A stretch of 51,399 nucleotides of DNA, from NCBI GenBank assembly GCA_002306085.1, contig DBRS01000008.1, positions 1 through 51,399 of the forward strand, written 5' to 3'. The position numbers were made by a program, and so were the translations under genes. The notes below the pieces were generated by a model. It made no database searches. It was not told the origin of the DNA and saw nothing but the letters and a program-made list of their open reading frames with translations. Shown here piece by piece: positions 8,972-16,656 of this stretch (position 1 is its first letter; each line of letters begins with the position of its first letter). This DNA is from Candidatus Moranbacteria bacterium UBA1362 (GTDB taxonomy: Bacteria; Patescibacteriota; Minisyncoccia; Moranbacterales; GWC2-37-73).

Positions 8972-9349
8972 ATGAGCATAGGCATCACATGTGATATGAG
9001 ATTATGTGGAAAGCAAGATAACCAAGAAAATCCTGATCAGGGGAGTGGATATGACGAATACGACATCATGGCAATAGCCGGCCAAGGGACAAGAGTAGCC
9101 GTTCTCGACGGAGATTCCGACATGCTCGATCATCTAATGAAAATCGTTTCAGAAAAGATGAAAGACGCCAGCAACGGCATTGTTTCTCGAATCGGATGGG
9201 CCTACAGAGGTCAAAAGGCTGAAGTATACCATCTTGGAAGCGTTTACAGCCGCGAACTCGCGCGTAAAATCATCAGGAATATTTATATTTCTTCCAAAAG
9301 CAATTTGGGAATCACGAGAACAACAAAAAAACTGGCAGTATCCAGCTGA
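8972..9349 (+). CDS. Hypothetical protein
   Basis: 125-aa ORF from ATG 8972 with SD AAGGAG, its own promoter and terminator. Confidence 0.65.
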   Translation: MSIGITCDMRLCGKQDNQENPDQGSGYDEYDIMAIAGQGTRVAVLDGDSDMLDHLMKIVSEKMKDASNGIVSRIGWAYRGQKAEVYHLGSVYSRELARKIIRNIYISSKSNLGITRTTKKLAVSS

Positions 9350-9373
9350 AGAATGAATAGCGCACCAGAACCC

Positions 9374-9410
9374 ATGGGCTCCCCGCAAAGTTTTGCCGGG
9401 AGCCATTTTT
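9374..9410 (+). terminator. Intrinsic terminator
   Basis: GGCTCCC-CGCAAAGTTTTGCC-GGGAGCC followed by ATTTTT. Confidence 0.75.
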
Positions 9411-9588
9411 CTTGCTCAGAATTTTTATGAGATTTAATGCTTAGCTGATACATATTTTAATGTTTTTCAATGTAATTTTTAAGCGCAAGCATGCTGATAT
9501 CCCCCCGCCCGCCTCAGCGGATTTTTGCCTGAGAAATTATGTACCCGCATAAAAGTAATATTTCTTATACGATTAACTGCATGCGGCT

Positions 9589-9903
9589 ATGGACGAATCG
9601 AAAACAAGATTTAAATCCGAACTCTATGACGCGTTATATGAAACGGCAGATTCGATACTCAAAAAATACGACCCCTGCAAATTCAAAAGCGGCACATGTA
9701 AAACCCGCGGGAATTGCTGCGAAGGATGTAAGTACCTTTCGAAAAACGGCTGCACCGTAAAGGCGCTTTCATGCAAACTCTGGCTGTGCGACGATGTCCG
9801 CAGAAGCTGTCCCGAGTGCGCGGCAGCACTTGATTCGCTCTGCAGCGTGTCGCAAAAATTCAATCTCTACGGTTTTCGCATGCGCAAAGAAGACATAATC
9901 TGA
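9589..9903 (+). CDS. Small cysteine-rich protein (11 Cys), putative metal-binding
   Basis: 104 aa with CCxGCxYL-x3-GC-x6-CKLWLC; stop abuts the convergent GT4 stop. Confidence 0.75.
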   Translation: MDESKTRFKSELYDALYETADSILKKYDPCKFKSGTCKTRGNCCEGCKYLSKNGCTVKALSCKLWLCDDVRRSCPECAAALDSLCSVSQKFNLYGFRMRKEDII

Positions 9904-9905
9904 AA

Positions 9906-10964
9906 CTATCCCAAAAATTTCATATAAGCTTCCAGGTATCTATCAGCCATCTTCTTGGATGAGAAGTTCTTTTTAACATGTTTGTGGCAATCAAGTCTTT
10001 CTATTGCGCCTATTTGTTCTATTTTTTCCACCGCCTCATCAATGCCGTCGACAATAAATCCCGTCTTCCCATCCACAATTATTTCAGGCACCGAACCCAT
10101 TCTATTGGCAATGACTGGCGTTCCGCATATCATGGATTCAATAAAGTATAATCCGAAAGGTTCTTCCCATTGAATGGGCGCAATAAGAGCTTTCGCATTT
10201 CCCAAAAGCTCTACTTTTTCCTCGTGTCCGATCTCGCCGATGAATTTTATTTGCTCTCCATCAATCAGCGGCTCTATCTTATTTTTAAAATATTTTTCAT
10301 CAACCGGATCTATTTTCCCGGCCATAACAAGATTTACTCGTGCTTTTTTTGCTATTTGGATCGCTTCAAATGCTCCTTTTTCTTGGGATATTCTCGCCAA
10401 AAACGCAAAGTAATTTTTTGGTTCGGGAAAAAATCTAAACTTTTCAATATTGATACCGTTGTATACGTTTGCAATAAAATTAAGTTTAGTTTGTGCAGAT
10501 TCCCTCTGGTTCATGCTTATGCTAATATAGTTATGATCGGCATAATGCCTGTACACCTCGGCTTCATAGGATGCTTTCAGAAACCCGTGGAAAGTTGTTA
10601 CCACCGGCATTCCGGCAATTCCGGCAATTCCGGCAAAAGGCAAAAACATCCAACCAATATGGTTATGCACTATGTCAAATTCCTTATCCTTGAGATATTC
10701 AACAACTCTCCCGGCCCCGATTATGCTAAGCGCTCTCCTGACATCGATATTTTTGGACTCCGGAAGCGTCCTGATGGCTTTCGGAAATACGGGAACCAAG
10801 TTAACATTCGTTTGCGAATCGCCGGAAGCCAGAAGAGTTACATCGTGCCCTCTGCTTGCAAGCTCTTCCGTAAGATTGTGCACAATCAGTTCTGTACCTC
10901 CGTATTTTTTCGGCGGGACCTGTTCTTCTATAGGCGCTAGCATGGCTATTTTCAGTTTTTTCAT
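9906..10964 (-). CDS. Glycosyltransferase family 4 (GT-B)
   Basis: PPxxYGGTE, GHDVTL and EPFGL-x2-IESM-x-CGTPVI motifs. Confidence 0.93.
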   Translation of the reverse strand: MKKLKIAMLAPIEEQVPPKKYGGTELIVHNLTEELASRGHDVTLLASGDSQTNVNLVPVFPKAIRTLPESKNIDVRRALSIIGAGRVVEYLKDKEFDIVHNHIGWMFLPFAGIAGIAGMPVVTTFHGFLKASYEAEVYRHYADHNYISISMNQRESAQTKLNFIANVYNGINIEKFRFFPEPKNYFAFLARISQEKGAFEAIQIAKKARVNLVMAGKIDPVDEKYFKNKIEPLIDGEQIKFIGEIGHEEKVELLGNAKALIAPIQWEEPFGLYFIESMICGTPVIANRMGSVPEIIVDGKTGFIVDGIDEAVEKIEQIGAIERLDCHKHVKKNFSSKKMADRYLEAYMKFLG

Positions 10965-11112
10965 AAAATTATCCCAATAATCAGCCTATAAACTTATACA
11001 ATTAACGCGTATAATAAATTATAGTCAGCGATTTTTCCACTTTTTATTGTCTTGTTTTACAATTTATTAAAAAGTCTGATCGCATGATAAATTATTTCCG
11101 TTCAAAAGCGCC

Positions 11113-12147
11113 ATGAAGTATCAAATTTACACCACCTCAAAAAAAGCATGGGACGCCATGATTGAAGCAATCGACGAAGCCCAAAAATCCATATACATCG
11201 AGATGTATATTTTTCTCGATGACACCGCCAAAAGCCACGATTTTATCGGGAAATTAAAAAAGAAAGCGCGCGAAGGACTCAAAGTCGCCATTGTCGCAGA
11301 CGCTTTTGGAAGCAATAAATTGTCCGCGCAAGCAATTAAAGAAATCAAAAAATCAGGTGCTGAACTTATTTTTTTCAGCCACTGGCTGAGACACATCCAT
11401 CGCAAAATTCTCGTCATTGACAAATCAATTGCTTTCATTGGAGGTGTAAACATCGGAGAAGCATTCAAAAAATGGAACGATTTAGAGATGAAAATGCACG
11501 GTCTTCTTGCGAGAAAACTTTTGCGTTCTTTTGCTTACACCTATGAAATGGCGGGAGGAAAAGACAAAAAGATCCTGCGACTCAGAGAAAAAAAAATTAT
11601 CAGGAAACTTAAATCGAATCTTGTCGAACATTGGCCGATAAAAAACATTTATTCCATGAAAGAACATTATATTGAAAAAATAAAAAACGCAAAACATAAC
11701 ATAAAAATGGTTACACCCTATTTTACTCCGCCGCGCTGGCTCATTTCCCTTCTGGACGATGCGGTGCGAAGGAAATTAAAAATTGAAATCCTGGTTCCTG
11801 AAAAAGCCGATTGGAAAATTTCAAACTCAATCAACTATCATTATATGCACAAATTGCACGACATGGGAATAAGATTCTATCTCACGAAAAAAATGAATCA
11901 TGCAAAGCTTCTTTTGATTGACGATAAAGAAGGACTTGTCGGATCGCAAAATGTTGATCCCTTGTCTTTTCATGTTAATTCTGAAGCTGGAATTTTTTCA
12001 AAAGACAAAAGACTCGCGAAAGAAATATCGGAGATATTCAATCGCTGGAAGAAAAATTCCAAATTTTTCCGTCCGGGAAATTATAAAATGCATCTAGCGG
12101 ACTATCTGGCCTTGATCTTAATAAAAATACTTCGCCCCATTTTATAA
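11113..12147 (+). CDS. cls: Cardiolipin synthase / phospholipase D family protein
   Basis: Two HKD motifs (HRKILVID, HAKLLLID) plus GGxN and GSxN. Confidence 0.88.
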   Translation: MKYQIYTTSKKAWDAMIEAIDEAQKSIYIEMYIFLDDTAKSHDFIGKLKKKAREGLKVAIVADAFGSNKLSAQAIKEIKKSGAELIFFSHWLRHIHRKILVIDKSIAFIGGVNIGEAFKKWNDLEMKMHGLLARKLLRSFAYTYEMAGGKDKKILRLREKKIIRKLKSNLVEHWPIKNIYSMKEHYIEKIKNAKHNIKMVTPYFTPPRWLISLLDDAVRRKLKIEILVPEKADWKISNSINYHYMHKLHDMGIRFYLTKKMNHAKLLLIDDKEGLVGSQNVDPLSFHVNSEAGIFSKDKRLAKEISEIFNRWKKNSKFFRPGNYKMHLADYLALILIKILRPIL

Positions 12148-12272
12148 AACAAACTTTGGCATCATTTTCTTGGCTTTCGAAAAATGAAAATTTATTTCAT
12201 TTTCATAAAAGGATTTTGTTTGACTTTGTTTGTATTATTGAATGCTATTTTAAAATTTTGCACAACATTAAA

Positions 12273-12818
12273 ATGAAAATTCCAAAACAGTTGCCACAGT
12301 TTGAAAAACCCGCGCTTTTCATTTCCGCCGGGGAATATGAAGCAAAATTTTATATCGCTCAAAACGGAATTTTAGAAAAGACAGCACATATAAAAATGCC
12401 CCCGCGCAAAGAAGCAAAGGAAAAACAAGGTTTCATTGGGAAAAGAGCTGCAAAAAAAGACCTTGCTTCAGTCTCACACAAAGGCCGCTACCTTGAAGAT
12501 CTCAAAAGAAAGTTCAAGCGTGAAGTCCATCGTGTAATACACAAAACTTTGGCAGAATATAAACTCAAGGAAATTTATATTTTCGCTCCTGTTTATGCTG
12601 TAAGAAGAATAGAGAGTCAATTAGACAAATCCGAGAGAAAAAATATCCGCATGAGATTTTTTAAAGAAGACACAAAATTCAACGCACTCAATATGGTCGT
12701 TAGGTCCTGGGAAGAGGAACAAAAAGAAGTTTTTCCGGGATCTGTGGCAAAAAATTCGGCGAAGAAAATCCTCAAAAAACCGAAGATAAAAAATGGCAGA
12801 AAACATAAGGTAATATAA
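12273..12818 (+). CDS. Hypothetical protein, possibly host-attachment / bacterial eRF1-like (baeRF) fold
   Basis: Start at ATG 12273; the pattern F-x2-E...IYIFAP...L...EDTK resembles that family (weak recognition). Confidence 0.5.
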   Translation: MKIPKQLPQFEKPALFISAGEYEAKFYIAQNGILEKTAHIKMPPRKEAKEKQGFIGKRAAKKDLASVSHKGRYLEDLKRKFKREVHRVIHKTLAEYKLKEIYIFAPVYAVRRIESQLDKSERKNIRMRFFKEDTKFNALNMVVRSWEEEQKEVFPGSVAKNSAKKILKKPKIKNGRKHKVI

Positions 12819-12856
12819 GAAGGAAATGAGAAAAAATAATATCGACACAAACAAGA

Positions 12857-12887
12857 CAAAAACCCAGCCTTAGTGGCGGGGTTTTTG
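12857..12887. terminator. Bidirectional terminator
   Basis: AAAAACCC-AGCC-TTAGT-GGC-GGGGTTTTT between convergent genes. Confidence 0.75.
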
Positions 12888-12935
12888 CAATGTTCGATTC
12901 GCATTCAACTACGAATCAAAACTGATAATCTTGGA

Positions 12936-13349
12936 CTATTTCAAAGTTACAGTTGCTCCTGCATCTTCAAGCTTCTTCTTGATTTCTTCGGCCTGGGCTT
13001 TTGCAACCTTTTCTTTCACCACCTTCGGAGCTGCATCAACCAGGTCTTTTGCTTCCTTAAGTCCCTGTCCTGTGATTTCGCGAACAGCCTTGATCACGTT
13101 GATCTTTTGAGCTCCGGCCGCAGTGAGTTCAACATCAAATTCAGTCTTTTCCTCAGCTGCTTCTGCTGCTTCTCCGGCTGCGCCACCCATAGCAGGTCCC
13201 ATCATTACCGGAGCTGCCGCGCTTACACCGAATTTTTCCTCGAGAACTTTAACCAGTTCCGAGAGATCCAAAACGCTCATTTTTTCGATTTCTGCAACAA
13301 TTTTCTCAAATTTTGCAGGAACCTTTGCTTCCTTTTTTTCCTCTGCCAT
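12936..13349 (-). CDS. rplL: 50S ribosomal protein bL12 (L7/L12)
   Basis: [18 protein letters not shown], KINVIKAVR and GLKEAKDLV. Confidence 0.98.
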   Translation of the reverse strand: MAEEKKEAKVPAKFEKIVAEIEKMSVLDLSELVKVLEEKFGVSAAAPVMMGPAMGGAAGEAAEAAEEKTEFDVELTAAGAQKINVIKAVREITGQGLKEAKDLVDAAPKVVKEKVAKAQAEEIKKKLEDAGATVTLK

Positions 13350-13465
13350 AATATTTTCCCTACTAACTTTCTAATCTTTTACTAATATACCGATAAAAAC
13401 TTTTATAAGTATATTCAAAAATGATTAGTAATTTAGTTGATATTATTAAAATTAATTTAAATTTA

Positions 13466-13984
13466 TTATTTTTTCTCGCTTACTGTTTTCAAAACCTGAA
13501 CCAGCCCTCTCAAATTTCCGGCCAAAACGTTGACAAACCCGGAGACAGGAGCGTTCAAAGTGCCAACAAGCTTGGCGAGCAGTTCTTCTTTAGAAGGAAC
13601 TTTTGCCAGTGCTTTCGCTTGCTTAGCATCCATGATTTCGGTTCCCAAAACCCCTCCGAGCATCTTAACATTCTCGTTTGTTTTGGAAAATACGTCGATA
13701 ATCTTGGCTCCGGCAACTTCGTCTTCATTTGAAAGAGACAAAGCAATCTGTCCTTCCATCGATTTCACGTCGACATCTTTGATTCCGGCATCTTTAAAAG
13801 CCAGATCCAAGAGAGTCTTGCGAACGACAACATACTCGACTCCTGATTTTCTCAAATTCTTTTTGAGTTCAGTGAGATCTTTGACTTTAAGGCCTTTATA
13901 ATCCAGGAAAATAGCGGATTTTGCAGCCTTAATCTTTTCGGTCAGGGTTTTTACCAATTCGACTTTCTGATTTTTTGTCAGCAT
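13466..13984 (-). CDS. rplJ: 50S ribosomal protein uL10
   Basis: DYKGL-x-V-x2-L, VVRKTL and PSKEELLAKL. Confidence 0.97.
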   Translation of the reverse strand: MLTKNQKVELVKTLTEKIKAAKSAIFLDYKGLKVKDLTELKKNLRKSGVEYVVVRKTLLDLAFKDAGIKDVDVKSMEGQIALSLSNEDEVAGAKIIDVFSKTNENVKMLGGVLGTEIMDAKQAKALAKVPSKEELLAKLVGTLNAPVSGFVNVLAGNLRGLVQVLKTVSEKK

Positions 13985-14098
13985 ATTCTAACGAATTACG
14001 AATCTATTACAAATTTACGTAGCTATGAAAAGTACAAAATTTTAAAAATTTATTTGTACATTTGTAAATTTGTAATCAATTTGTATTTTCGTAATAAA
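13985..14098. repeat. Periodic (about 8-nt) imperfect palindrome, family C
   Basis: ACGAATT/TACAAAT units on the left, ATTTGTA/TTCGTA units on the right; 26/30 identity to 45777-45806 in inverted orientation. Confidence 0.75.
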
Positions 14099-14210
14099 TT
14101 AAAAAATCTGCGTTTCCGCAGATCGACCTTTGAAACCGCAAAGCGCAGATGCGCTTGCGGACTCCTCGGCAGGACTTAAATAAAATTAATGCCTGCTGTC
14201 TGCGGAAATA
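14099..14210 (-). ncRNA. L10 ribosomal-protein leader with attenuator terminator
   Basis: Minus strand CCGCAGACAGCAGGC...UUAAGUCCUGCCGAGG matches the L10-leader consensus; followed by GAUCUGCG-GAAA-CGCAGAUUUUUU, upstream of rplJ. Confidence 0.88.
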
Positions 14211-14237
14211 ATCTATTAAATTGACCCCTTATCTAAA

Positions 14238-14606
14238 TTATTCTGTTTTTTTCTCTTCTTTTACTGTCTCTTCTTTGGGCACTTGCTGGCTTTTCGCTTC
14301 TTCTGTTTCATTCTCCGCTGCCGGAGATTCTTTCGCTGCAACCTTTTTCATCTTTATTGCCCGCTTCTTTCCTTCAACAATCTTTTCCCTTAAAAGCAAG
14401 TTATATACGCTATCCGACACCTGAGCTCCTTTCGATATCCATTCTTTTATTTTGTCTGCCTTTAATACGACTTTTTTCTGGTGTGGATCATAATTTCCAA
14501 GCATTGCAACATGGCGCCCTCCCGGAGCCGCCGTATGCTCCTGGAGCACTATTCTGAATTGAGCCCTATTCTTTCTTCCAACACGCGCAAATCTGATGGT
14601 TAACAT
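14238..14606 (-). CDS. rpsP: 30S ribosomal protein bS16 with a charged C-terminal extension
   Basis: MLTIRFARVG, LGNYDP and GAQVSDSV. Confidence 0.97.
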   Translation of the reverse strand: MLTIRFARVGRKNRAQFRIVLQEHTAAPGGRHVAMLGNYDPHQKKVVLKADKIKEWISKGAQVSDSVYNLLLREKIVEGKKRAIKMKKVAAKESPAAENETEEAKSQQVPKEETVKEEKKTE

Positions 14607-14692
14607 ATTGTTCTTTTTATCACGAAAATTAATAGATATTTCTGAAATACCCTTATTTTGCCTTTATTGAGCTTGATTTTCAATGCTTTCCT

Positions 14693-14721
14693 AGTATACT
14701 ATCATCGGTCTGTATTGTCAA
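14693..14721 (-). promoter_or_regulatory. rpsP promoter
   Basis: TTGACA, 17-nt spacer, TATACT on the minus strand. Confidence 0.7.
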
Positions 14722-14729
14722 CACCCCAA

Positions 14730-15161
14730 TCAGTCGTCGCCAGGAACCGTGAAAACATCTAAATTTCGGACGATACCGCCATTCGCCAAAGAAATTTTGT
14801 CCAAAATCGGCTTGTCGTTGCCCACGAAATCAAGCTGACTGATCTCTTCCCGCGAAACCCATCTTATTTCGTCATGCTCTCGCAGATTAAAGTTCTTGTC
14901 ACAGCATTGCGCGGTATACGCCGCAAACTTTATTGTATCATTGTCATAGTGAAAAGTATGCCCGTCAAAAAATTCTCCGATTTCCACTTCGACATCAAGT
15001 TCTTCCTTAAGTTCACGTTTCAGTCCCTCTTTGAATGATTCCCTTTTTTCAATTTTGCCTCCGGGAAATTCCCATTTCCCGCCGACAACACCTCCAGCTT
15101 TTCTTTTGGCAATAAGAAATTTTCCGTCTTGTTCTATTATGGCTGCTGCCACTTTTTTCAT
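14730..15161 (-). CDS. mutT: NUDIX hydrolase, MutT-like
   Basis: WEFPGGK and the Nudix box G-x5-E-x7-RE-x2-EE. Confidence 0.85.
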   Translation of the reverse strand: MKKVAAAIIEQDGKFLIAKRKAGGVVGGKWEFPGGKIEKRESFKEGLKRELKEELDVEVEIGEFFDGHTFHYDNDTIKFAAYTAQCCDKNFNLREHDEIRWVSREEISQLDFVGNDKPILDKISLANGGIVRNLDVFTVPGDD

Positions 15162-15227
15162 AAGTCTAACATCAATTGCGGTAATTAATCACAAATAATA
15201 CTACAAATTTTCAAGAGCAACATTGCA

Positions 15228-15259
15228 CAAAAAAACAAAGCTCCTGTGTGGAGCTTTGT
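15228..15259 (-). terminator. Terminator after the HU gene
   Basis: ACAAAGCTCC-TGTGT-GGAGCTTTGT with a U-tract on the minus strand. Confidence 0.8.
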
Positions 15260-15280
15260 CGTTATCAAACCAGCATTTTG

Positions 15281-15562
15281 CTATAAAACAGCCTCTTTTA
15301 CGGCTTTTGCAACTCTGAATTTGACAACTGTTTTTGCTGCAATTTTGATTTTTTCTCCTGTTGCAGGATTAACTCCCATGCGAGCCTTTCTTTTCACTTT
15401 TACCAACTTTCCAAAACCCGGGAGAACAAATTCTCCGGCTTTCTTAACTTCCTTGTATGCTACTCCTGCGAGAGCATCAAAAAAACCATTCACTTCTTTC
15501 TTCGCCAAGCCTGTTTTTTCAGACAGAGCTGTCACGATCTGTGACTTCGTCATTTTTGCCAT
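15281..15562 (-). CDS. hup: HU family DNA-binding protein
   Basis: GFGK, RKARMGVNPATGEKIKI and KFRVAK. Confidence 0.95.
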   Translation of the reverse strand: MAKMTKSQIVTALSEKTGLAKKEVNGFFDALAGVAYKEVKKAGEFVLPGFGKLVKVKRKARMGVNPATGEKIKIAAKTVVKFRVAKAVKEAVL

Positions 15563-15718
15563 AACGTTTTTTATTTAATTAATTTATTATTTGCATGATG
15601 GTTCATGCATACATCAATTATACACCATTTTTAAAAGCTTTGGAAGACCATATTGCTTTTTTTGTCAATAGTAATGAGCATTTTCGCCATAAAACCATTG
15701 AACATATATGCGAACTTC

Positions 15719-16636
15719 CTATTCGTTCATTTCAAGCGCAATTCTATCAAAGCACACCCTCCCTGAATCATGCCTCCAGTCGCTCGATACATAGCTTACC
15801 ATGATGTCATTGTCGTCCTTGTTGGATCGTTCGAAATCGGCGCATAACCTGTAGATATTGCCGATGCGCATTTCATAGACAATATTGGCGCTGCTTTGCC
15901 ACACCTCCGGAGAAAGATCAGTCTTTCGCATATCATCAAGAGTCTTGGGCAATTTTCCCGTTTTACTGAAATAATTTCTGACTGACATGTCGATAGATTG
16001 GAGATTATTGACAGTTTCCTGGTCAACCCTTTTTTGTTTAGAAACCCGCGGAGAATCAATGATGAAGCATGCGGAAATAAAAATTACGAGAAGAACAGAA
16101 CCCAATCCGTAGGCAATAATAAGATTTATCTTGTTTTTTTTCGCATCGCTTGTCGGGCTCCACATATTCCAGAAATAATACCCGAGAATCGCCCCGGCCA
16201 TGAGCAATACGACAAGAGCCTTCAGGAAAAAAGCTGCCGCCGTCTCTCCATTGAGAAAATTCATTATCAGCGTTACCATGTCTCCGATAATTGTCGTGGC
16301 GGCAAACAACAACATTATATATGTAAGCCATTTGCGCACACTCGAATCTTTCGGAGTCTTCTTACTCTTCAGCCTGTCATTCACCACCCCCGACAGAAAG
16401 AAAAATAGCGGACTCGCTATAAGAATTGAAGCGATGCCGAATTTTACCGAATCCTGATCAAAAAAGGAAATACCTGTTCCAAGCGAACTGGGAACAAATT
16501 TGTTTATGAACTGAAAAAGAAGAGTCCCTGTTCCGAAAGTTATGAAAGCCAGAGAAATAAAAAGGAGGAAATAGAGAAAAAAGTCTTTTGCAGGATTGTT
16601 ATGAAAACCTGCGTTGACCAAGGTTTTTGTTTTCAT
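15719..16636 (-). CDS. Membrane protein, DUF5671-like
   Basis: Five TM segments, RKWLTY-x2-LLFAA-x4-GD...FLNGE...FFLK; soluble C-terminal domain. Confidence 0.75.
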   Translation of the reverse strand: MKTKTLVNAGFHNNPAKDFFLYFLLFISLAFITFGTGTLLFQFINKFVPSSLGTGISFFDQDSVKFGIASILIASPLFFFLSGVVNDRLKSKKTPKDSSVRKWLTYIMLLFAATTIIGDMVTLIMNFLNGETAAAFFLKALVVLLMAGAILGYYFWNMWSPTSDAKKNKINLIIAYGLGSVLLVIFISACFIIDSPRVSKQKRVDQETVNNLQSIDMSVRNYFSKTGKLPKTLDDMRKTDLSPEVWQSSANIVYEMRIGNIYRLCADFERSNKDDNDIMVSYVSSDWRHDSGRVCFDRIALEMNE

Positions 16637-16656
16637 ATGTTTTTGTTTTAAAAAAA

